Below are positions 29,880 through 44,513 of a stretch of 64,000 nt of DNA, in pieces (position 1 is the stretch's first letter; each line of letters opens with the position of its first letter). This DNA is from the human T2T-CHM13v2.0 reference genome, Homo sapiens. Location of the stretch: NCBI RefSeq assembly GCF_009914755.1, contig NC_060927.1; one strand, written 5' to 3'. The position numbers and the translations under genes were made by a program. A model generated the notes under the pieces. It was not told the origin of the DNA. It did not search any database and saw only the letters and a list, made by a program, of their open reading frames with translations.

Positions 29880-30463
29880 GGACACCATTTTGGAAGACAT
29901 TGTGGCAATTCCTCAAAGACCTAAAGACAGAAATACCATTAGACCCAGCAATCCCATTTCTGGGTATATATCCAAAAGAATAGAAATTATTCTATTACAA
30001 AGACAAATGCATGTGTATGTTCACTGCAGCACTATTCACAATAGCAATGACATGGAATAGACCTAATGCCCATTCATGATAGACTACATAAAGAAAATGT
30101 GGTATACATATGCCATGAAATACTATGCAGCCATAAAAAGAATGAGATTATGTTCTTTGCAAGGACATAGATGGAGCTGGAGGCCATTATCCTTATCAAA
30201 CTGACACAGGAACAGAAAACCAAATACCACATATTGTCAGTTATAAGTAGGAGCTAAATGATAAGAACACATGGACACATAGAGGGAAATAACACACACA
30301 GGGGTCTTATAGAGGGTGAAGGCTGGGAGGAGGGAAAGGATCAGGGAAAATAACTAGTGGTTAGTAGGCTTAATACCTGGGTAAGGAAATAATCTATTCA
30401 ACCAACCCCTATGACCAAAGCTTACCTATGTACCAAATCTGCACTTGTACCTCTGAACTTAAA
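29880..30463 (+). mobile_element. 5'-truncated L1 3' end (L1PA13-16-like)
   Basis: ORF2 C-terminus and 3'UTR ending ctgaacttaaa; TSD aaaacagaat at 29870-29879 and 30464-30473. Confidence 0.92.
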
Positions 30464-30617
30464 AAAACAGAATAATCCAAATATGTCACTCATTTCTTCA
30501 ATCTCTTTAATACATGCCTTGTAATTTTGTGGCTCTCCATCTTAAAAATATCAGCTCCTTACTTGGAGTCCATTAAATGACTTACTAAAGTTTCTAACCT
30601 TTGGCATGTATCTGACT

Positions 30618-30978
30618 GCTATCTGAATGTTTGTCCCCACCCACCCCCCAATTCATATGTTGAAAGCCTAATACTTGGAGCTGGGGCCATTAGGAGGTAA
30701 TTGGGTAGGGCATGAGGGTGGAGCCCTTGTTAATGGGATTTGTGTTGCTATACAATGACAAAGAGATACGGGACCTTCCCCCCACTCCCCTCTTTCCTGT
30801 GTGAGTATACAGCAAGAAGATCGTTATCCACAAACCAGTAAGTGGGCCCTCACCAGACACTCAATCTGTAGGCTCCTTAATCTTGGACTTCCCAGTCTCC
30901 AGAGCTATGAGAAATAAATTTCTGTTGTTTAAGCCATGCCATCTATGGTATTTCTTTTATAGCAGCCTAAACTGAGAT
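30618..30978 (+). mobile_element. MaLR solo LTR (MLT1A-like)
   Basis: tgctatctgaatgtttgtcccc...tcttggacttcccagtctccag...agaaataaatttctgttgtttaagcc. Confidence 0.88.
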
Positions 30979-30979
30979 C

Positions 30980-31307
30980 CAGTAAGAAGAACTTTGCTAG
31001 GACTTCAGAGCAGTAGACTTGCTCTTCCCTTTGTCTTTGAAGCTGACGAAATGTAAGGGCTGTAGCTGTGTGACCCATCTTCTTACTGTGAGAGGAAATT
31101 TTGTTTGTGAATGGAGCCAACTCAGAGGAAAATGAGGAGATACAGAGATAATTCTGGTGACATCATTTGATCCTCCATATCTTGCTATGACTGAAGCAAA
31201 TATCACATTCAATTGTGGTTTAGAGAAGACAATAATTTCTTTTTTTACTCAACCAGTAGAGGTTCTGCTTTCTGTCATTTGCCACTGGAATATTTCTAGT
31301 GGATCCA
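30980..31307 (+). mobile_element. Old MaLR LTR fragment (MLT1J-like)
   Basis: aatggagccaactcagaggaaa...ctggtgacatcatttga...tttctgtcatttgc. Confidence 0.7.
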
Positions 31308-31414
31308 TCTATTGACCTGTCAGTCTGGTTGATGCCCTAATCTTCTCATTTTTTGTTTTTTGTTTTTTTAATACAGCTGATTCTTTTTCCTCTTGAGAAA
31401 ATATATTCGGCCTT

Positions 31415-31578
31415 GGTTGAGACAGCCCTGGGTTCAAATCCTGATTTTTCTACTCATTAGTTACATTATTTAGGGTCAAGTATTTAGCCTTCAGAACCTG
31501 AGTGTCTCCTTCTGTAAAATGAGGGCAATAAACTTTACCTCATAGAGCTGCAGAGAGCATTAAAAAGAATGACGTACG
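31415..31578 (+). mobile_element. MIR
   Basis: ctgggttcaaatcctg...tctgtaaaatgagggcaata. Confidence 0.8.
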
Positions 31579-31769
31579 GGTTATTTATTAAACTATTTGT
31601 GCCTTTCCTCACTCAGTTGACCCTGGGCCTCTAATTTTTCCTTTAAAACACATTTCAATTGACTTATTTTCAACTTTGAAAATAAAATAGGTATAATTTA
31701 AAAAATGCTCATGTTTAAGTAATCACATAGAAATATTCACATAGTCTCATATGCACCTCTAGATAAATC

Positions 31770-31885
31770 TATGAAACTACTGTGGATATCCCAATTTTAC
31801 AGATGAGGAGGTTAAGTGAGAATAAATGTCTTAAATTCACAGCAAAGAAGTGCCAGAGCTGGGGGTTCAAACCTAGGTGCTCTCA
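31770..31885 (-). mobile_element. MIR
   Basis: cccaattttacagatgagg...ttcaaacctagg. Confidence 0.7.
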
Positions 31886-34159
31886 GTATTGTCTTTCTTT
31901 TTAACTGCTCCAACAGACTTTCCCAAATTAAACAGGAAGAGCAGACACAGGTGATGAAAAAGGACTAGAACAGATTTCCATTATCCAGAGAAGGCAAGCC
32001 ACAAAATCCAGTTGAATGATGGAAGTGACCCTGGATGTTTGAAAAATCAAAACTATCTACTGGGGTCTCTGCTCTATTTGAAAAAGAAACAACTATTCCA
32101 TATTAAAATTCCATTATAAGTGGGGGGAAAGGACAAAATAACTTCCTGTCATTTCCATCACTTTAGAAGGTTGTTTTTCATTCTGTCTGGTTGAGTGGAT
32201 GGGTTAACACACCAGATGGGACTCAGGCTCCACAGCATCAAGGTCACGTCTATAGAGGTCTCTTCGAAGTTGCCAGCCCTGGCTGTTCATCTTTCTTCTC
32301 CCCTCCCTCCCACCCTGCAGATGTAATCTATTCTGTAGGATTCTAGAACATGTCTGACAGGATGGATGTAATGTTTTATATGAATTTTAAAGACCTTATC
32401 TTCTCTACAGGACTTTGCGACTATAAAATTTCTGAAGGCAGTTTTCCAGCTCTGTTTTGTTATGGACAAGGGAGTCATGCATGCAGCAGAACTGTCTGTT
32501 TTACCTGAGATAGACATATTGAGGTGGTAGGTAGGCAGTTTCCCTGGCAACATTATCCACCTGAAAGTCTAGTCCTCCACTCGTTTGAACAGTCATGCAT
32601 GATGCTGTTAGGAGACCTGGAGATGCAGAGTATTGAAGTCCAGAATAAAATTGGAAGTAATATTGCCTTTGCTCCAAAATACAGGTTGAAAAATTCAAGA
32701 AAACTCACAGCATTCTACTCATTAATATTGCTAATAACTTCTCATCTATTTCGTATCCTACTTCAGAAAACCATGGTGTCACACTAGAGTGTGAGTCCAC
32801 AAATAGCAAAGATTTCTATGGCAGACATCTAGTTTTGAATATTTTTAAAACTGATGGGCTTCAATCACAAACACTGAACTTTCTCAGCTTTCTTAGCAAA
32901 ATCTGTGCAACTTGAGGTGGGGGGTACAGTATCCATGATTGCTACAGTAAAATATTGCCTCAATTTAATAATCAAGTCAGCCCAAATTCAGATCGATGTC
33001 TCTAGATTGGGCATACCAAGGATTTGAAAGTTTGAAACATGAGACCCTACCTCTCTTTTCTTCTTTCAGATCCGGTGACTTGGGTTGGATTTTGGGCTGC
33101 AATTTTGTTATTTCTATTTCTTATAAATCTTCGTTGGCAAGGAATGTTGGGCTTTTGCTTAATCTGACTTGAATCTATATTTGAGAAATGCCTTACAAAT
33201 TTGCAAACAACTTTACTGGCCATGCAATTACTAGGTCATGGTAGTACGTTTCTCTTCACCTAACTTACCACTATCTTTGTATACAAGGGCTAATAATGGT
33301 TTCCAAGACCATATGCAGAGCAATTTCCAGATTTCCAAGGCCATATTTTAGTCAACTTTCAGAAGTTTGTCAAGTTGGAGAAAAATATTCTTTATATATG
33401 AAGTCCACCTTTTGGGGAGAAGATTGCATTCATGTATTTTCTGGAAAAGCTGTGTTTAAAGTCATTAAATGACTTTTATTTAGTGAGATGACCATAGGCC
33501 ATATACCCTTGGCATCATGGATCTGTCCAAAATCCATTCTCTGTGGCTGTTGCTTCCTTAGTAATGGACAAACCCAGGGCCAGAGAGAACCAGAGTTCTC
33601 ATAGATGGTATTCTTCTGTTGGCTTATGTCTCTAACAGCAAGATATGACATGGGCACTGGATTCAGGCTCTGCCTAGAGCATGTCTGTACCAAATTCCAT
33701 CTGGTCAAGTGGATGAGTTAAAATACCAGGTGAGACACACTCTCAGAAGCTTCTAGGTCATGGTCTATTGAGATTACTTAGAAGTTGCAAGCTCTTGCTG
33801 TTCATGTTTCTTTCTCCCTCCCTCACACTCTACAGGTGCAAGCTACTTTTGTATTACTCTCTGTTTAGGAGAATCTAGAACGTAAATCATGTTTCATATC
33901 TAGAGGATTCAGGATCCTGATCTGTAAAGAAGGGGTTGATAAACATAAAGCAGATTCCCTTCCTTTCAAGAATGATAGAAGTTGCATTCTAGGTAGGCTC
34001 TGGCCTTTCCTTTATAATTTTACTTGGGATTTTTCATAGCTGATCATAATTTACCATTTGATAATTCACTTCTTTTTCCCAGGCTCAAGGCTGATAAGCC
34101 AGTATCCAGATAGAATAGACCCGTTTATACTTCTGTCCCCAGTTTATTTTTTAAGGTTT

Positions 34160-34640
34160 TTTTTCATTGCACCTGATGCCAAAACAAAACCTCAAAAGAC
34201 CTTGAGTGAATTTTGAGCTCGTGTAACAACTGGGAAGTCTGGGGAACGTTTTAGCTTTCTGCTGTGGCTGGATCCAGGGACTCAAACATTGGGCTCCATC
34301 TCTCTCTATTTCTTTCCTCTCTTTCCCACTAGGTGGGCTTCTGGATAAAACATTTCCCCACCTGCCACACACAGTTCCAGATGCCCATGCCCTCAGTTTA
34401 GTGAAGTCCATAGAAAGATACTTTTTCCCAACTGCCCCCCTGCCATGTCTGTTTACTAGTTCAAGGAAGGACTCTTTTTCTTGTTGGTTCTGCCTTGTTG
34501 ATAAGCCCCTGTCCTTAGTCAATCGTTTTATTCAGGGTAATGGGGTGCTGTGATTGGCCAGACCCGGGTCATGTGCCACTTCTGTGGCCAGAGGCTAAGC
34601 CTGTAAGAAGTCAAATGAGGGCTGCCAGGCAGCGTATAAA
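34160..34640 (-). mobile_element. Old MaLR LTR (MLT1J/K-like)
   Basis: ggctggatccagggactcaaac; tgattggccagacccgggtcatgtgcc. Confidence 0.7.
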
Positions 34641-35812
34641 AATATCTACAGTAATCCGTCACGCCCATTCAGCTTGGTGTCTCCAAATACAGTTTAGGAA
34701 TGTTTCCTTTCTACAGTTGGCTACAGAAATCACAGCAACATTGTTCCTTTTCTTTTTCCTAGTTTGGTTCCTTGTCCGTTAAAAAAAAAAAAAAGTGCAG
34801 TATCTTCTAAAATTTAATGCACCTTGAAGAGTGAAAGGAACACCAGATTGTGGTTTGAGCTGGGCCCTGGGGCTTGGATGTCTGGGAACATTTTGAGAAC
34901 TGAGGTTGGCTCAAAGTGCTTGGAGGCCACTTTAACTTTCCTCTGCTTTTCCACCATATGCTGGCTGTAGATTGCTTTCACTAACACCTCCGGGCACCAT
35001 GAAGATCAACAAATTAATGTTCCCAGCTTCTTTAATAGCCTTCTGTCTAAGGGATTAAATACTTCACAACAATGCTTTCCTTTGCATTTTGTCATGTATA
35101 ATTCTAAAATGGAAATGTTGCTGTTTTAGTGCCAAAAAAAAATTAGAGCTATTTCCTCTACCTCTTTCTCTTTCTTTCATTTACTTCTTCTGTGAAAAAC
35201 ACACTATGTACTTAGGCAGTGTTAATGTTAGTAATATTGCATAGTTTTAAGCACACAGTTCAGGTCACCTGAAATTCTCCCCAGTCCCATTCTTTGTTCT
35301 GAATTTCAGATCCCCTGTGTCTGATGTATTATTCACTGCATGATTCTCACAAAACAAGATGCATTATTTACAAGGTTGTAAGATTTCTGAAATTCCACAG
35401 GCTTTCTCGTAAGTTTGTAGATAGCAGGCTGGGCCAGACTGGATTACTGAGTATGGCTTGCACCAATATCATGATTTACCAACTTCTTTATTCTCTCGAC
35501 AATATTTTGTTTCCAATACTGCATATTCTGGCAAGATAAATTTTGATGCTTCTTATGTTAATATAGTCTATCAATCGTACCTCCCTGTAATTTCCAGAAT
35601 TTATAGAATTAATGGTATTCAGTTAAAGGCATCCTAAACTAAACCAAGGGCTGGGTGCAGTGCCTGGAATTTGTTGAGGTGAACCCCATCTCCAGAAAAG
35701 CATGCAAGAGTTTATTTACCACTTGGGGGGCAGCAGGGTGATGCACCCAGGAGCAAGAGTTTTGGGTCAGTTTTGTTTTTATTACCTTGTTCCAAAAAAT
35801 TGATTCTAGACT

Positions 35813-35960
35813 CTTTTTTTTTGTTTGTTTGTTTGTTTGTAGTAGAGACAGGATCTCACCGTGTTGCCCAGGCTGATCTCAAACTCCTGGGTTCAAGTAA
35901 TTCTCCTGCCTCTGCCTGCCAAAGTACTGGGATTATAGGGTAAGCCACCGCATCTGGTCC
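35813..35960 (-). mobile_element. FLAM_C-like Alu monomer with (TTTG)n tail
   Basis: tagagacaggatctcaccgtgttgcccaggctg...gccaccgcatctggtcc. Confidence 0.88.
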
Positions 35961-36067
35961 AACTTTTTTTTTTTTTTTAGGTGTGCATTTGTCACTGAAC
36001 TGTGATGTGACTAAGACTGAGATATTGGTGCTCACACTAGTTCCCATAATAATTTAGGTTTCTGTAG

Positions 36068-36274
36068 CTACTGGTGTGCTGGTACATGTTTAGCAATCAA
36101 CTCTCCTTAGGAGGAAGTGGGGTTGGCAGCCATGATTTGTAGCATTTGCCAATTTCTATGGTGTAAATATTATCATTGTGGCTGATTTCAAACTATCAAT
36201 TTGATGTCACTGAATACAGAGTAGGGAAGAGATGTGTAGCATTGGCTCATGAAGGCCAGCTTTACCACACCCCT
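36068..36274. mobile_element. MER63-like hAT-Blackjack MITE
   Basis: ggtgtgctgg terminus; gatttgtagcatttgccaatttctatggtgtaaata; ...accacacccctg. Confidence 0.75.
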
Positions 36275-36432
36275 GTGAGCCCATGTCCCTGTCATTCACA
36301 GTCTGTTTTGCTAGTTTGGCTTACAGATGCACATGTGTGAACTCTCCCCCAACATTCTAACAACGAGAGAATGCATGCCTGATACTTTTGTTTTGCCACA
36401 CCACGTCCACCACAATGCTTTAGATAGTTTGA

Positions 36433-37000
36433 CTTTTTAAATGACAACTTGTTATTGAAGAATAATGTATGTACAGAGAAGTGCACAAATTATCAGTGAA
36501 TTAGCAATTGAATAATGAGGGGTTTTTCAGAATTACAGTGTAGCCAGACTCCAGATCAAGAAACAGACATTTACCAGCTTCCCAGAAGCTCTTTTATACC
36601 TCCTTCCTGTCACCTTCTGCTGTCTCAAGTGCTGATGCCATAGATTTGTTTAACCTGTGTTTGAAACTTTATAAATGGGCCTATATATAGTATGTACTCA
36701 TTTATGTTTAGCTTCTTTTTTTCCAAAACACAAAATGGTCAATATTACTGTTTCAAACCAAAATATGTTTGATTTCTTTTGCCCTGCATCACGGTTTCAT
36801 GCATCTTGTTGTAGGTAGCTGTACTTCAATGTCCCTACTGTGTTATTATGTATTCTACCATTGATGGACATTCAAATTGTTACTAGTTTGGGACTATTAG
36901 GAATAGGGATGCTATTTTCATTCTAGCATGTGTTTTTTGGTGAATAACTGTACATAATTTTGTTTGGTATATGCATAGGAGCTAAATGTGTAGGTAATAA
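36433..37000 (-). mobile_element. L1ME/MD 3' end relic
   Basis: tacagagaagtgcacaaat; ccagatcaagaaacagacatt; ttgatggacatt. Confidence 0.75.
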
Positions 37001-37337
37001 GGCATACACACATCATAATGTTTTATATCTTAATGACATCCTGATTTTGAGGGCAAGTATGGAGAGATTAATGGGATCAAAGTCAGACACGGGGGTCAGG
37101 GACAGATTGCTTTATGTTACAATAGAAATATTTGTTCATTCACCTGTATACTTTGGAAAGAAAAAAAATCACTAGCAGGCTGAATCTGGGTGGGGATGGC
37201 AATGATTACCTAGTGGTTATTCATATCTGGAAAATCCAAAATGGTGAATAAAAGTTGGTATAGCATGACTCTGGGGAGTCTAGAAGTGTCAGCATTTGGA
37301 CATTTAGGCAGATGAATTATCAGAACCAGAGAAGATA

Positions 37338-37925
37338 TTTATTAATTCAAATAAATACTTATTGAATATCTACTACAAACCTACAACAGTAGTAGGTGCC
37401 GATGGTTCTATAATGACTGAAACATTGGTGCTTTTAGGGGTGTATAGTTGCAGAGAGACAAGGAGCCAGTCGCCGGTTACATAGGTGGTAAGTACCTTGA
37501 TGAGGATATTAGAAGGTGCTGTGTGAGAACAGAGGAAATACGTGTCATAACCCATCCTAAGCTGGGGGTGGGGAGTAGGCAGGGGAAGGATTGGGAAGGA
37601 AGAGTTGTGAAGGTAGACTTCCTGGAGGGGATTGTGACTGAGCTCAGACCTAAAGAGTGAGTAGGGTGGGAGAGTGGAAGGTTTTCCAGGCTGCAGAAAT
37701 AACATATGCAATGAACCAAAGGTAGGGATGGTGGAGGGGGATGAGAAATGATTTACAGTATGGTTGGAGTTGGAGCATAGTATAGACCAGGCAGGAGAGG
37801 AGGGTGGTTACAGATGAGACTAGAGTGGAAAATAGAGGCATGCAGGATCGCTTATTCCTGTTGAGATATTTATATTACATTCTAAAAACAATGGCAAACT
37901 AGTAAAATTTTTCGGCAAAATTGAC
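37338..37925 (-). mobile_element. L2 3' region
   Basis: attcaaataaatacttattgaatatctacta; gtagacttcctggagg...tgagctcagacctaaag. Confidence 0.75.
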
Positions 37926-38078
37926 TGTGCATTTTCTAGTTCCTGGTAGATGTGACAGATGGGAGCACCTGGCATAATCAAGACACGGCCTATTCCCCTC
38001 AAGGTGGACTCTTGACCTTAGAAATAAGGCTGAAGCCCACTTATGAGAATTGAGATCTATGATCAGGGTATTATTGTA

Positions 38079-38249
38079 ATTGTGTGCTGGTAAACAGGCT
38101 CTATGGGGAGAATGGTCCTCTGATTTGTAGTGTTTCCAGTTTTCCACTGTAATGTTTGCAAATTTCCATGGTGTAAATATTTCTAAGAAGCTTGAAAAAT
38201 TCTTGAAAATTTGACAGTTAGCTCATATGAGCCTTCTTCCTCACCACTA
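38079..38249. mobile_element. MER63-like MITE (second copy)
   Basis: tgtgctggtaaa...tgatttgtagtgttt...aatttccatggtgtaaata; similar to 36068-36274. Confidence 0.65.
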
Positions 38250-38309
38250 GTTATGCCACTATGTTTCTGGCTGACAAAACTTTCACACATTGCATTAGAG
38301 AGCCTTAAC

Positions 38310-38496
38310 CAGTAGATCTCAAACTTGACCATGCATCAGTGTCACTTGGAGGCTTGTTAAAGCATAGATTGCTGGGGCTCTCCTCCCAGGATTCTGATGC
38401 AGTATGTCTGGGGTGAGGCCTGAAAGTTGGTGTTTCCAACAAGTTCCCAGGTGATGAAATGCTGCTGGTTAGGGGACCATGCTTTCAGCATCGCTG
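38310..38496. mobile_element. MER5A
   Basis: cagtagatctcaaactt...tgcatcagtgtcacttggag...aacaagttcccaggtgatg. Confidence 0.88.
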
Positions 38497-38763
38497 TCTT
38501 TAAATTACCCCTTCATCCTTACCCCTAGATGAGATGAATCCCTGATTATTATGGAGGTGTTGGGCCTAAAGATAATTGCTCCCCTTTTGTAGACAGAGGA
38601 AAAGAAAATAAAGCAGAGATTCAGGTCGATTATGAAAGAGGAGACATTAAAGGCAGCGTCGTGATGTAAAATGAATCAGAATTTGGATTCAGAAGATGTG
38701 GGATTGAGTATTGCCTTTGCTGGATGAATTTAGAGGTGTTATTCAACCTGTGGTTTTTTCCGT

Positions 38764-39159
38764 TGCTGTGATTTGAATGTTTGTCTCCTTCAAAACTCAG
38801 GTTGAAGTTTAATTGCCATCGTAAGAGTATTAAGAGGTGGTGCCTTTAAGTAGTGATTAGGCCAGGAGGGCTCTGGTCTCATTGGTGGGTTTAATGCCTT
38901 TAAAAAAGGGCTTTGGAGAGTGGGTTCTCTCTCCTTGCTATTCTGCTCTTCTGCCCTGAAGGAACAGAGTTCCTCCCATCTGAAGGATGCTGTGTTTAAG
39001 GTGACGTCTTCAAAGTAAACACTGAGCTCTCATCAGACGCAAACCTGCCAGTACCTAGATCTTGAGCTTTCCACCTCCAGTACCATGAGAAATTTCTACT
39101 GTTTGTCAATTATCTCATCTGTGATATCCTATTACAGTGGCACAAAATGGACTGAGACA
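38764..39159 (+). mobile_element. MaLR solo LTR (MSTC/D-like) inserted into a MIR
   Basis: tg...ca termini; TSD tccgt/cccgt; MIR-like tctataaaat resumes after it. Confidence 0.88.
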
Positions 39160-39690
39160 CCCGTCTATAAAATAGTCTTTAATATCTTTGATCTCCCAGG
39201 GTTGTAATGATCATGTGAAGCAAATTGTCAACTAGTGTATATTACTGCCAACTGTCATTTATAACTTCAAATTACTATACAAACGTTATCTGTTGTTCTT
39301 AGAGATGATCAAGTGAGAAGCTGAAGCTCAGAGAGGTTAAATTATTACATTGCTAGAAGCAAGGCCTGCTGATTTTCAGCTTAGTGTCCTTTTCCTTGTA
39401 TTAGTGGTTTTCAAATTTTTTTTTTTTTTAGCCAAGGGACTCTTTCTTCAAATGAAACCTTAGGAGAAAGAACAATATAGGAAATGATGAAAGAGGAGCT
39501 GCTCTTATTGAAGTGGGAGGAGGTAACTATAGCTGGAGATCTGATGCAATACCCCTGAAACTTTAAGGTGTTCAAGTCCAGTGTGAAAACCTGAACACTC
39601 ACCAGCTGTTTCCTGGAAGCCCTTTCTGCGTGGGATGGCAGTGAGCAAGTTCGCTGGACAGTAACCATGATAGACTTCAGGATAAGGTCA

Positions 39691-40762
<1,072 letters not shown>

Positions 40763-40764
40763 CT

Positions 40765-41148
40765 TTTTCTGGGTAATAATCCCATGAGAGCTTAAAGCAG
40801 TGATCATTTAGTCTTACCTATCTACAGGTTGGTTGGAGCAACCCTGCTTTATGCTGTGGGTCTGGTGACTTGGGTCTCCTCAGAATGAAACATTCTGACG
40901 CCCAGGCTAAAGGAGCAGCAGCTCCTAGAGGAAGCTCTTCTTACACAGTGGTGGAAGGACAAGAGGGCACATCCAACTGCGCAAGAAGTTTTCCAGCCAC
41001 TCCTTTGCAGTTATGTCTGCAAACAACCCGTTGGTTAAAGCAAGTCAGCAGGTCCAGTGCAAAGACAAAGCAAAAGGAGGATTATTCCTTCCATGGAGTG
41101 GAAATGGGGGGAAGTAAATATTCTTGAATAATAAACTAATATACCACA
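40765..41148 (-). mobile_element. Old MaLR LTR (MLT1K/L-like)
   Basis: cccaggctaaaggagcagcagct; ttggttaaagcaagtca; ends ataccaca. Confidence 0.7.
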
Positions 41149-41389
41149 CTAGGTTTGGGATTGATAAACTGACCTTTCATTGTTTGTTTTGAAAATCCAC
41201 CCTCCCCCTGATTCCTCTTCCTCCTCCAAATATGTGCCTATATACCCTGACCACAAGAGAGAGTTGGACAGCCTCCTTATACCCCTACTTCATTAAAAAG
41301 CAAAACAATTTTCTGGCAGTATGTATCTTTCTAAGGGTGAGAGATCCCTAATTTGTTAGTTACATGCTTAGAGATGCATGCAGTCTTAA

Positions 41390-41560
41390 GGCCACCGGGG
41401 AGATAATTAGAAATTACCCCAGGTCACCCCCTCATTGCAGAGATGAGAGAATTGAGCCTGAGGGAGGGGAAGGGATTTATTCAGTAAAGGTATCTAACAA
41501 GTGGCAGAGTTGGGACTACAATTCAGTCTCTCAGGTCCTAATTCCTGTGTTCTTTCTTCT
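41390..41560 (-). mobile_element. MIR/MIR3
   Basis: ctcattgcagagatgagagaattgagcctgagggagggg. Confidence 0.65.
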
Positions 41561-42499
41561 GCATTGCAGTTTTTTTTTTTTTTTTCTGAGCTGAGTAGAA
41601 GAATCAACATGTCTATTCTTTTATAGGTTCTGGATTTATAGTAATTTTAAATGAGCTTATTTAAATTGTAAGAAATTGTAAATGTTGGGTATCCATCAGT
41701 TGGGGGGCTGGTCTAGACTTCACCCTCCTGGGATTTCAATATATCTTCAAGAGACTTTCTCTCCCCAGTGAGAATTATTGACCCCAACAGTCACTGGACT
41801 CATTAGGCTGTGCCTTGCCTCTCAGTTCTATAGGGGAAGTAAGCACAGAAGACCATTTGTGAGCATCAAGGAGACTTGAGCTTCTGTGTTTTTCCTCCAA
41901 TTTAGGGGCTTACTTCGATCTGAGACTGGGACTTTGGCAGCTACGGGCCTGCTGGAGACCCCTTCCAGGTGTCTCTGCACCTGGAGTTCAATTCTATTAT
42001 CTGACTTGACTTAAGAGGCCCAAATGGCTGGTTCTTGGCATTCTCATTATTGTCTAGAATGGCACCTAGTTGTTTTTATTTTCCAAGTAGGGAGACTGAA
42101 ATTATATTCTACATGCATTGATTATTTTTGTTGATTTTTTTCTCAGTTTAACTAGAATCATCATGGGGAAATTAGAAAATGAGGAGATTGTGCCCATTAA
42201 CTAGAGGGAGGATATAAATAGGTCTGAACTGGGGCAAAACAAAGGAAACATGGAGGGAAAGGTAGGAAGGCAAAAGTGAGATAAAAAGATGCACTGAGAA
42301 TTCTGACGATTATCCTGCTCCTTGCCATGGAAACTTTAGCTGATAGGAGATTCCATGTGGAAATGTGGTGTTTGTACGAGAATTAAACTTGTCCAGAGCC
42401 AATGGTTCTGGGTCAGGTGTCCTTGACTTGCCTTGTGACTGTTGAGTATCTCCACATTTCTACCTCCAGGTTCAATCAGATTCTTCTGCTAGATGACCA

Positions 42500-43021
42500 T
42501 GCTGTAGCCAGTCTCCATGATGACCCCCACTGATTCTTCTCTTTTGAAAGTCACGTGCATGTTTAGTCCCCTCCTGCACTGAGTAGGGTCAGCCTGTTTG
42601 ACCAATCGAATATTGGGGGAAATGGCAGACTATAACCTCTGAGGTTAAGTTATAAAAGACATTACGGCTTCCACCTTGCTCTTTTTTGGGTCACTCACTG
42701 TGGTAAGCCAGCTGCCATGTTAGGAAGGCAGTCCCATAGAGAAGTCCATGATACAAGACTTCCTGACAACATCCAGAATAAACTTGTCTGCCATGTGTGT
42801 GAGCCATCCTAGAACCAGATTTTCCAGCTCCAAGCCTTCAGTTGAACATAGCCTAGCTGATGTTTGGACTGAAACCTCATGAGAAACTGGAATTAGAACT
42901 GCCCAGCTAAACCACTCTTGAATTCTTGACTCAAAGAGTGTGTGATAACAACGAACATATTGTTGTTTTAAGCTGCTAAGTTTTAGGATTTTTTGTTATG
43001 CAGCAATGAATAACTGATACA
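42500..43021 (+). mobile_element. MaLR solo LTR (MLT1F-like)
   Basis: ttataaaagacattacggcttccaccttg...ttttaagctgctaagtttt...ttatgcagcaat...aactgataca. Confidence 0.85.
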
Positions 43022-43389
43022 CTCTGGAAAAGTGTGTTTTGCTCCCCATTGTTTTCCAAGAACTTAGCACAATGCGTGTCTTATATTATGAGCTTAATAA
43101 ATACTGTTTGAATGTATGAATGTGTTCTTCCTCTCCCAACTACATGCACAAACACATACATCCATCATTCCCATTGAAATCAGCTGGGCCCACTCTACCC
43201 TCAGTAGGCCACGTGCTTCTCCATCACTGTGTGTATCTCGAATCCCTTTCCATGCATAATGTAATCAGTAGCCATTGGACAAACCTTATAGATACAGTAA
43301 TGTCTATTTTCTACCCATCCTTCAAACCCTTGCTCCAGCCCATAAGGCTTCTCCTGATCATTATGATGCACAGAGTAAGCCCTCCCTTC

Positions 43390-43850
43390 CCCACAGCATC
43401 AATCCAGGCTCCAACAAATGGCAAAATCAAATGGAGTAATTTGAAGATAATTAAATAGACTATTTGAAAGGTGGGACTAGGGTTAAGAAATACCAAAAGA
43501 GGATGGTGAAGCACCCTGAGACTAGCAATAACTGGGAACTATTACCATCCCTAGACCAAAAGGGAAAGTGGAGTGAGTGATGACCACAACTTTGAGAGGG
43601 AGCTGTAGAGATGGATTCCTAATGGGAGCCTTCAGTGAATAGGAAGGAAGGGAATAGGGGAAATAAATACCCTCACCTGACTCATCCCACCCTCTTGATC
43701 TCTTACTGGGCCCCCTATTGACTGAATCCAATTACAATCTAGAAAAAAGAGAGTCTGTCAGTGTATCCATATGCACTAACCTTGTAGGCACACAGCTTGG
43801 GGAGACAGGATACAGAGGGAACCTGGGGGGCACACAGAAGAAAGACATCC
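43390..43850 (-). mobile_element. ERV-L LTR33-like solo LTR
   Basis: actagcaataactggg...ttaccatccctagacc; gggaaataaataccctcac. Confidence 0.75.
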
Positions 43851-44095
43851 AGTAGCTCCCCTCCTCCATAGACTTTGCTACCTATAAACCTGATTTGGCA
43901 TTTAGACATGTTTTACCCGTTGTCTTTCTTGTATTGCTACCATGCATTACTATTTAGCTCTTGTATGTTATTTAACTTTTCAGGTATTAATGACTGCTCT
44001 TTCCAGCAATATTTTCAACTTCTAGAGTGTGATGAATATGTCTTAGGTTTCTGTCTCCTTAAGTAAGCTTAGTATAATAGTTACCATAAGGTTAT

Positions 44096-44513
44096 TGTAT
44101 TAGTCTGTTCTCAAGCTGCTATAAAGAATTGCCAGAGTGCCACTGCACCTCAGCCTGGTGACAGAGTAAGATTCAGTCTCAAAAAAAAAAAAAAAAAGAA
44201 TTGACCGAGACTATGTAATTTATAAGGAAAAGAAGTTTAATTGACTCACAGTTCCACAAGATGAGGGAGATCTCAGGAAACTTACAATCAAGGTGGAAGG
44301 GAAAGCAGGCACCTTTCTCACAAGGTGGCAGCATAGAGTGAGTTTGTGAAGGAGGAACTGTCAAACACATAAAACCGTCAGATCTTGTGAGGACTCAGTA
44401 GCACGAGAACAGCCTGGGGGAAACTGCCTGCATGATTCCATCACTTCCCTTGACATGTGGGGGTTACAATTCGAGATGAGATTTGGGTGGGGACACAAAG
44501 CCAAATCATATCA
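44096..44513 (-). mobile_element. THE1/MSTA-type solo LTR
   Basis: tgtattagtctgttctc ... ccaaatcatatca; perfect TSD gttat at 44091-44095 and 44514-44518. Confidence 0.95.
44138..44194 (+). mobile_element. Severely 5'-truncated Alu (43 bp plus poly(A)) inside the LTR
   Basis: tgccactgcacctcagcctggtgacagag...; TSD aaagaattgccagag / aaagaattgaccgag. Confidence 0.9.

Noticed and set aside
35719-35735. CTCF-like ccacttggggggcagca
   Set aside because: Spacing is off by one and the central AG is missing; too weak without data.
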